Shown one piece after another: positions 6,702-12,336 of a stretch of DNA of 12,336 bases (positions within the stretch are counted from its first letter, which is position 1; every line of letters begins with the position of its first letter). Position numbers and translations under genes: made by a program. Under the pieces are notes generated by a model. It saw only the letters and a list, made by a program, of their open reading frames with translations. It was not told the origin of the DNA and did no database searches. This stretch comes from a virus (taxonomy: Duplodnaviria; Heunggongvirae; Uroviricota; Caudoviricetes), in the IMG/VR virus record IMGVR_UViG_3300031760_000008, positions 1 to 12,336 of that record; one strand, 5' to 3'.

Positions 6702-6965
6702 TTAAGTTAATTTAATATATTTATATTTCTCCTTTTGTTTTATAACACTTTCATTTAAAGCTCTACCTTTACTCTCTGATTGCATTAAAGTATTATAAAC
6801 ATCAGGTTCAACATCAAAATATAAATAACTAGAGTTACCTTTAAATATAACTCTTAATACTTTTTTATTTTCATCATATCCCATAGCTACTAAGTTTGAT
6901 GAAAACACTCTTTGCATTTTTATATTAGTTACAATTTCTTTTATTTGTTCTTGACTTATTTCCAT
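6702..6965 (-). CDS. KTSC domain protein
   Basis: MQRVFSSNLVAMGYDENKKVLRVIFKGNSSYLYFDVEPDVYNTLMQSESKGRALN matches the KTSC signature V.SS.I...GYD....L.V.F..G..Y.Y..VP..VY..L..A.SKG. Confidence 0.9.
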   Translation of the reverse strand: MEISQEQIKEIVTNIKMQRVFSSNLVAMGYDENKKVLRVIFKGNSSYLYFDVEPDVYNTLMQSESKGRALNESVIKQKEKYKYIKLT

Positions 6966-6977
6966 TCTTATTCTCCT

Positions 6978-7529
6978 TTAACTAAAATCTCCTGATGAAA
7001 ATCTATATCCTTCTACATTTCTGCAATAATGAAAATTATCTGGATTTTCATGGTTTCTTTTGTCTTTCTGTTTATCATCTATTATTTTTAACATTTCTTT
7101 AGGAGTAAGTTTTTCATTATATTCATTTATAATAATTTTATCTTTCATATTATCTTTATTAGTTATATAGTTTTTAAATTGTTCATATGAATGCCACTCA
7201 TCTTGGTCTTGAAAATTAAATAACCATCCCCAAGAAGATTTTCCAATATGTTTAGCTTCTCTTTCTTGAATAGATAAAGGATAATCTAATCCATATCTTA
7301 AATCAGATGCTATACTATCTAACATTTCTTCTATTTTATCATTAAATGATTCTTTAATGGTTTCTAATTTATTTTCATCTAAAACTTTTATTATATCTTC
7401 ATATTCTTCATTTATTAAATCTTGTATTTTTTGTTGAATAGAATCTACATTTTTAGATCTTAATAATTCATCTATTTTTTGATCTAACTCAAATTTTTTT
7501 CGGTTCATAATATAATAATTAGTTCCCAT
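6978..7529 (-). CDS. Hypothetical phage protein (MGTNYY...HIGKSSWGWLF type)
   Basis: AGGAGG RBS. The MGTNYY start and HIGKSS-GW-F motif are typical of a recurring phage hypothetical family. Confidence 0.8.
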   Translation of the reverse strand: MGTNYYIMNRKKFELDQKIDELLRSKNVDSIQQKIQDLINEEYEDIIKVLDENKLETIKESFNDKIEEMLDSIASDLRYGLDYPLSIQEREAKHIGKSSWGWLFNFQDQDEWHSYEQFKNYITNKDNMKDKIIINEYNEKLTPKEMLKIIDDKQKDKRNHENPDNFHYCRNVEGYRFSSGDFS

Positions 7530-7569
7530 ATTTTAAAAACCTCCTATATACTATAACAACTTGAAAAAA

Positions 7570-7599
7570 TAAAAGTCTATATATGAATATAGACTTTTA
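7570..7599 (-). terminator. Intrinsic terminator
   Basis: 13-bp inverted repeat TAAAAGTCTATAT/ATATAGACTTTTA with a 4-nt loop, followed by a T-rich run on the minus strand. Confidence 0.75.
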
Positions 7600-7617
7600 A
7601 TAAAATAATATAGGAAT

Positions 7618-7788
7618 TTACATAGCAGGGTCTAGTAAAGGACGATCATATTCATATTTAACACAATACATACTTGTTTTATCACGGTACACATTTACAG
7701 TAAATATATTCTGACTGCATTCATTTCTATAAACACAGTATTTACAAATTGATTTATTATATAATTCTTTATCCTTATTCTCACCCAT
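7618..7788 (-). CDS. Small Cys-rich protein, 56 aa (MGENKDKELYNKSICKYCVYRNECSQNIFTVNVYRDKTSMYCVKYEYDRPLLDPAM), possible Zn-binding
   Basis: Below the ORF-track cutoff. AAGGAGA RBS 7 nt before the ATG, CxxC..C..C pattern, and it fills the gap before the terminator. Confidence 0.75.
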   Translation of the reverse strand: MGENKDKELYNKSICKYCVYRNECSQNIFTVNVYRDKTSMYCVKYEYDRPLLDPAM

Positions 7789-7808
7789 AATAGATTCTCC
7801 TTTATCAG

Positions 7809-8027
7809 TTATATTTTTAATAGCTCTGATATTAAAGATTCTATTGAATTTTTTAATGAATCATAATCTTTATGATTTTTTAATATATCTTTTAATTGAG
7901 CTGCAACAGCATCTTTTCTAATTGAAAATCTTAATAATTCTTCATTTTTAACAAATTGATCTCTAACAACAGTTAGTTGATGTACTAATTTGTTACCCTC
8001 TTCAATAATATCTTTATCTACTTCCAT
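7809..8027 (-). CDS. Hypothetical protein, 72 aa (MEVDKDIIEEG...)
   Basis: Start moved from 8054 to the ATG at 8027, which follows AAGGAG overlapping the upstream gene's stop. Confidence 0.75.
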   Translation of the reverse strand: MEVDKDIIEEGNKLVHQLTVVRDQFVKNEELLRFSIRKDAVAAQLKDILKNHKDYDSLKNSIESLISELLKI

Positions 8028-8038
8028 GATAACACTCC

Positions 8039-8206
8039 TTATATCGCTCTGCATTTTTTAATTTTAGAAAGTGGAAATCCTCTTCTATAGGCTTCTTTCT
8101 TTTCTCTGATTTTAGCGAGTCGTTCCTTGTACTTTAAATAAGTTTCACAGGTTGCATGACAACCAGGCTTTCTATTTGTACAATTATAACAACTTGCTCC
8201 AGACAA
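8039..8206 (-). CDS. Small basic Cys/His protein, 55 aa (MSGASCYNCTNRKPGCHATCETYLKYKERLAKIREKKEAYRRGFPLSKIKKCRAI)
   Basis: TTG start (or GTG at 8209) after AAGGTGGT. CxxCxxRxxGCHxxC motif of small phage Zn-binding proteins. Confidence 0.7.
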   Translation of the reverse strand: MSGASCYNCTNRKPGCHATCETYLKYKERLAKIREKKEAYRRGFPLSKIKKCRAI

Positions 8207-8240
8207 CACTGACCACCTTCTTCATTAATATTTTACAATT

Positions 8241-8269
8241 AAAAAAGAGATGAATTAATTCATCTCTTT
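8241..8269 (-). terminator. Intrinsic terminator overlapping the tdk stop codon
   Basis: Perfect 26-bp palindrome AAAGAGATGAATTAATTCATCTCTTT (8244-8269) ending in T6 on the minus strand. Confidence 0.8.
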
Positions 8270-8794
8270 ATAACATTTATGACATAGGGCTAGATATTCA
8301 TCATTGCCAACTAATATATCGTTATTTTTATTATTTTTACAATAAGTATATATAGCAGGATTACCACACTTATCACATTTAGCTTCTAGATATTCTACTT
8401 CATCAGCTAAAGCTAATAATTGAGGCATATTACCAAAAGGCTTTCTTTCAGATGTTAAATTTAACCCTGCTATATAGAATTTTTTACCATCATCAATAAA
8501 ACTATTTAATATTATATGTAAATCTTGTCCTTCTAAAAATTGAAATTCATCTATGAAAAATATATCTACAAGATCTCTGTAAGGTAATAGATCATAAATA
8601 GTTTTTATATTCACGCAAACTATTTTATCTCCATCACGACTAACAACTTCTGTTTCAGAAAATCTATTATCTATATAAGGTTTAAACATCATGCATTTAT
8701 ATTTTGTAGTTTCTTTTAAATCTTCATATATAGATATTAATCTAGATGTTTTACCACTTTTCATAGGTCCTGTAAAAACGTTTATTAATCCCAT
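8255..8794 (-). CDS. tdk: Thymidine kinase (TK1/tdk type)
   Basis: P-loop GPMKSGKTS, FKPYIDNR, IDEFQF, AGLNLTSERKPFG, and Zn-lasso cysteines CDKC...YLALCHKCY. Confidence 0.95.
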   Translation of the reverse strand: MGLINVFTGPMKSGKTSRLISIYEDLKETTKYKCMMFKPYIDNRFSETEVVSRDGDKIVCVNIKTIYDLLPYRDLVDIFFIDEFQFLEGQDLHIILNSFIDDGKKFYIAGLNLTSERKPFGNMPQLLALADEVEYLEAKCDKCGNPAIYTYCKNNKNNDILVGNDEYLALCHKCYKEMN

Positions 8795-8795
8795 A

Positions 8796-10661
8796 TTATA
8801 CTAAATCTTCTCCTTCTATATTTGTCAAATCTACTTGAGGAGCTAATTCAGGTTCTTCTGTTTCTTCAGTAGAAGCTGGAGCTTCTTCATTATCTAAATC
8901 AATGTCAAAATCAAATTTTGTTGAAGGACCTCCTCCAGCAGATAATTCATGTTCATCATCTGGTTCTGATGCATTTCCTTCAATAGGATTTCCTGCATCA
9001 TCAGTTTCAGTTTCTAATTCTTTTAAATGCTCATTAATAATATCTACTATATCTTGTTGATTTAGATATTTACTTAACCATTCTAAGATCATATCAAGTT
9101 TAACTTCTTCATCAACATTTTCTAATCCATTCATCAATGATAAAATATCATTAACATTTCTGATTTTAGTTTGTAATAATTCATCACGTCTATTATCCTC
9201 TACTGTAATAATTGGAGTTAATTTAACATCAAAATTATTTACAACTTTCTTTCCTAGACCATCACCTAATGCAAATATATTAATAAGATTTTTTAAAGCA
9301 GATGTTAAAGCTACTTGACCTCTTTTAATACGTCTAGCATAAGTAGTGTTCATTTCTGTTAAAGATCCTCCATTAGAAAGACCAGAACCATCCATATCAG
9401 CACCTAACATAGCTTTAGGTATTAATAAAGATCCATATACTTTGTTTTCAGAATCTTCAACATCTCCAAGATTTCCAATATCTACATCTCCACCTATATT
9501 AACAGTTGATATAGTACCTTTTCCATCTTTAGTTGTAGTATAAATAATATTTTCAATAGGTTGAGCTCCAGCTCTACTTTGTATAGTTCCAGCTTCTTTA
9601 TTAAGAATAATTTGTTGTTCAATCTGCTGTTTAATTTCTTGAAGTTTTCTTCTTTTTTGAGCTTCAGGCATATCACCTAATTCAACTTGAATTACTCTTG
9701 TTATAGAAGATTTTGTTATTCTTTCAAGTAAAACTGATTCTTCTTTTAATTTTAATGTTTGATAAGCTCCATATACATTTTCTAATACTGATTGACCTGT
9801 TTTAACTTGAAAAGATAAAGCAGCGCCTGCTCCTTCATAAGCAGATCCATCTATTGTTCCATCATCTAAAGTTTTATCAACTTCTGTTTCTTTTATTAAT
9901 TGGAATTTTTCAGGAAATCTATTTATATTAGGAGATAAACAAATATGTATAAATTTTGTTGGATTTAATATATTTATATCTGTTACAGATCCTGAATATA
10001 AATATGTATTATTTTCTAATGTATTTTCCATATCATCATGTGATCTTATGAATCCAGCTGTTTTACCTCTATATTGTAAATCATAAACTTCAGCTGAATT
10101 AGGAACTTTTTCTATATATCTTTCTAGTTTAGCTCCTTTAATTGTTTTTTGAGTTCTTACATGAGGATCATGTTTTGTTGGTTCTAATATTAAAGATGGT
10201 TTAGTATCATTAACTGATGTATTTTCAAATGTTTCTAGATATACATCTCCATATAACCACATACAATAAGCCCATGACCAAATATTTTGTTCAACATTTA
10301 AATCATCTAAAAGTTTATTACCATAAGCAGCTACATCAGAATCTTCTGATTCTACCCAAACAATTTTACCATCTGAGTTATATTGAACTGTATCATTAGC
10401 ATACATTTCTACAGCAGCACCAATTCTACCATCTGCTACCATTTCTTCAAATACTTTATATTTAGTATTACGATCACCTTTTAGAGTAGTAATTTTAGTT
10501 AAATCACTAAGATCAATTCTTTTTCCAGATTCTGTAGCTGTTTCCATCTGATTAGGAAGTGAATGTCTTTCATCAGTAAATTCAGTTACATCTTCAGGAG
10601 CTTGTTTAGGTATTACTCTTACTCTAAAGATTCCTTCTCTTAATCTATCAAATACACCCAT
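8796..10661 (-). CDS. Portal protein, T4 gp20-like, with an acidic C-terminal tail
   Basis: FEEMVADGRIGAAVEMYANDTV, WSWAYCMWLYGDVYLE, SVLENVYGAYQTLKLKEESVLLERITKS..RVIQVELGDMP and KVYGSLLIPKAML parallel the gp20-family blocks (RRMA.HPEVD.AI, FRRWYVDG, SYLHKAIKP.NQL.MLEDA...R.RAP.RRVFYIDVGNLP, KLY.SL.VP). Confidence 0.85.
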   Translation of the reverse strand: MGVFDRLREGIFRVRVIPKQAPEDVTEFTDERHSLPNQMETATESGKRIDLSDLTKITTLKGDRNTKYKVFEEMVADGRIGAAVEMYANDTVQYNSDGKIVWVESEDSDVAAYGNKLLDDLNVEQNIWSWAYCMWLYGDVYLETFENTSVNDTKPSLILEPTKHDPHVRTQKTIKGAKLERYIEKVPNSAEVYDLQYRGKTAGFIRSHDDMENTLENNTYLYSGSVTDINILNPTKFIHICLSPNINRFPEKFQLIKETEVDKTLDDGTIDGSAYEGAGAALSFQVKTGQSVLENVYGAYQTLKLKEESVLLERITKSSITRVIQVELGDMPEAQKRRKLQEIKQQIEQQIILNKEAGTIQSRAGAQPIENIIYTTTKDGKGTISTVNIGGDVDIGNLGDVEDSENKVYGSLLIPKAMLGADMDGSGLSNGGSLTEMNTTYARRIKRGQVALTSALKNLINIFALGDGLGKKVVNNFDVKLTPIITVEDNRRDELLQTKIRNVNDILSLMNGLENVDEEVKLDMILEWLSKYLNQQDIVDIINEHLKELETETDDAGNPIEGNASEPDDEHELSAGGGPSTKFDFDIDLDNEEAPASTEETEEPELAPQVDLTNIEGEDLV

Positions 10662-10677
10662 TTAGCATACTCCTTTA

Positions 10678-10821
10678 TTATTCTTCTAATTTTTTTCTGT
10701 AAGGATATTTTTCATCTAATTTTGCTTCTTTACGTTCTATATAATCAATAATTAATAATATATTTTTAATTAAACCTGTAATAAAATAAGAAAGTAACAA
10801 TATAATCAATAAAACCCACAT
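10678..10821 (-). CDS. Small membrane protein, 47 aa (MWVLLIILLLSYFITGLIKNILLIIDYIERKEAKLDEKYPYRKKLEE)
   Basis: AAAGGAGG RBS, a hydrophobic N-terminal helix and a charged tail. It fills the gap exactly up to the portal RBS. Confidence 0.75.
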   Translation of the reverse strand: MWVLLIILLLSYFITGLIKNILLIIDYIERKEAKLDEKYPYRKKLEE

Positions 10822-10835
10822 TATAATATCCTCCT

Positions 10836-11297
10836 TTAATCTTCATATAATATTTGTAACAACTCTCTAACTTCTTTTGCACATTGTAACAAATCTGTAG
10901 GATTAGTATATAATGCATAATTAGTTAAAGCTTCATTTAATCTGTTTATATTCATAGCAGATGCAAATAAAATTCTTTCCTGCTCATTAGATATTTTAGA
11001 ATAAGAAATTAAAATTTTAGTTACCAAAGAACTAATAGCTATAGCTATTTCTTCAATAGCTAGATCTTTATTTCTTAAATTTCTATATAAAGGATTTTTA
11101 TTTCGGGATGAATATATAACATTATAAGTATCATATATTTGTAAAAATTCTTTATCATATTTGTTAATTAATGAAATAACTTCCATAGGAACTACTTCAC
11201 TTCTAACAACTCTTTGTACTTCTCTACCTAATTTTAGGTTTTCTCTTTCTTCAATATCATAAAGTTTTTGAATAATATCTTTCTTTGTAATAATCAT
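10836..11297 (-). CDS. Hypothetical all-helical protein, 153 aa
   Basis: ORF with a GAGGAGG RBS. No recognisable motif. Confidence 0.8.
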   Translation of the reverse strand: MIITKKDIIQKLYDIEERENLKLGREVQRVVRSEVVPMEVISLINKYDKEFLQIYDTYNVIYSSRNKNPLYRNLRNKDLAIEEIAIAISSLVTKILISYSKISNEQERILFASAMNINRLNEALTNYALYTNPTDLLQCAKEVRELLQILYED

Positions 11298-11344
11298 AGG
11301 AATATCTTTCCTCCTCTCTACCTCTACAATAATATTTTACAGAT

Positions 11345-11376
11345 AAAAATAGCATCTAAATTAATAGATGCTATTT
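11345..11376 (-). terminator. Intrinsic terminator
   Basis: 12-bp inverted repeat AAATAGCATCTA/TAGATGCTATTT (11347-11358 and 11365-11376) ending in a T-run on the minus strand. Confidence 0.75.
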
Positions 11377-11380
11377 ACAC

Positions 11381-12235
11381 TTATACTATTTCACCATTTA
11401 TTTCATCAACTTTATCAATAACTTCCTGATCTATATCTTTTCCTGGATCTAAATCTTTAAGTTCAATAATTCTATCTCTTATTTCCATTACAGCGGCATC
11501 TACCAAAGCTTGTGTTGTATCAGATCTACCATATTCATATATAGCAGGTGATTTTAAAGTATTACAAGCAGCCCTTAAAGTAGGATATAATTCTGCAAAT
11601 CTATCTAATAACTCATTCATAGATTCTCTTAAATCTACTTTATCTAATTCTTCATAAGGTTGGTTTTGAGAATCAACAGAAATAACAGATATAGTCCAGT
11701 TGACTTCAATAACACTGTCTGCATCTTTTTTAATAGGTTCAAAAGTTATTCTGAATAAACAGTTATTACCATTTTCTCCTGAGAATAATCCAGCTTCTGC
11801 TATTTTTTCTCCTTGATATAATTCTTCAGGTAAATATGTAACAATAACAAGTTGTACATAACTTTGAGTTGATCTATTAACTATTGTATTTCTCTCTGGT
11901 AGAGCTATTCTAGGAGATAACTCACTTAATAATCTAGTATCATTAATTGATACTTCTGTAGTTATACCAGGAGGAGTTTGTGAAGTAGCAGAATTAGTAC
12001 CTAGACCAAGATATCTAGGAATCCAGTCATATGATACTAAATAAGATTGTGTAGGATTAAATTCACCATTTAACCATTTAACTAATCCCATTAATTGCAT
12101 CTTTAAACATCTGTTATGACCTCTACGCTCTTCAATAATTGCACCTGTATATTTATTTCTTTTAGTAACTTTAACGTTAACACCTACAGAGAATCCTGCA
12201 TCTTCTATGCTAAAACTTCCATTACTCATGTCCAT
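11381..12235 (-). CDS. Probable virion structural protein (tail-fibre N-terminal / baseplate-attachment-like)
   Basis: LGLGT...DTRLLSEL...KIAEAGLFS...LFRITFEPIKKD....VNWTI resembles the fibre-attachment module (GTG..DT.L..E..I.E.GLF....F..I.K....W.I) of tailed phages. Confidence 0.5.
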   Translation of the reverse strand: MDMSNGSFSIEDAGFSVGVNVKVTKRNKYTGAIIEERRGHNRCLKMQLMGLVKWLNGEFNPTQSYLVSYDWIPRYLGLGTNSATSQTPPGITTEVSINDTRLLSELSPRIALPERNTIVNRSTQSYVQLVIVTYLPEELYQGEKIAEAGLFSGENGNNCLFRITFEPIKKDADSVIEVNWTISVISVDSQNQPYEELDKVDLRESMNELLDRFAELYPTLRAACNTLKSPAIYEYGRSDTTQALVDAAVMEIRDRIIELKDLDPGKDIDQEVIDKVDEINGEIV

Positions 12236-12251
12236 TTTCCTTTCATATTAT

Positions 12252-12336
12252 TTATTCAATATCTTCGCGGTTATAAGATTCTTGGAATATAACTCTATCT
12301 GCTCCAAATATTTCTTTAAGTTTTTGTCTATTAATG
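12252..12336 (-). CDS. C-terminal fragment of an upstream gene (...INRQKLKEIFGADRVIFQESYNREDIE*)
   Basis: Open frame from 12335 to TAA at 12254-12252, just before the RBS of the next gene. Confidence 0.6.
   Translation of the reverse strand, partial: INRQKLKEIFGADRVIFQESYNREDIE

Noticed and set aside
8028-8054. Track start (MQSDIRSVI) for ORF 7809-8054
   Set aside because: It overlaps the upstream Cys-rich ORF and lacks an RBS, whereas the ATG at 8027 has AAGGAG at a proper distance.
9346-10399. ORFs at 9346-9543 (+), 9494-9676 (-) and 10217-10399 (+)
   Set aside because: All lie inside the portal gene in other frames, with no independent support.
331-12254. All 16 stop codons I checked are TAA, raising possible TAG/TGA recoding
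   Set aside because: The conserved genes are full length under the standard code with no in-frame TAG/TGA interruptions, and very low GC explains the TAA bias.

Overview
Very AT-rich segment of a large tailed phage genome, probably from a low-GC Gram-positive (Bacillota-type) host judging by the strong AAGGAGG ribosome-binding sites. Every credible gene is on the minus strand. In transcription order: a partial ORF, a probable tail/baseplate-type structural protein, a hypothetical, a small membrane protein, a T4 gp20-like portal, thymidine kinase, three small ORFs (two Cys-rich ones missed by the ORF track), a KTSC-domain protein, two hypotheticals (one with a probable degenerate PemK/MazF fold), a 5'-3' exonuclease (FEN/T4 RNase H-like), a ~1.6 kb gene-free region, a UvrD/Rep-type helicase and two more hypotheticals. 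The gene-free region (2620-4239) is the main point of interest. On the minus strand it holds: tandem extended -10 promoters; a structured leader; a compact RNA whose ends resemble ROOL RNA (from my recollection, unverified); a second, GC-enriched ~610-nt highly structured RNA that I cannot assign to a known family; and two short-repeat arrays plus an A/T-tract segment that look like a replication origin. All pairings were found by eye, with no folding program or database search.
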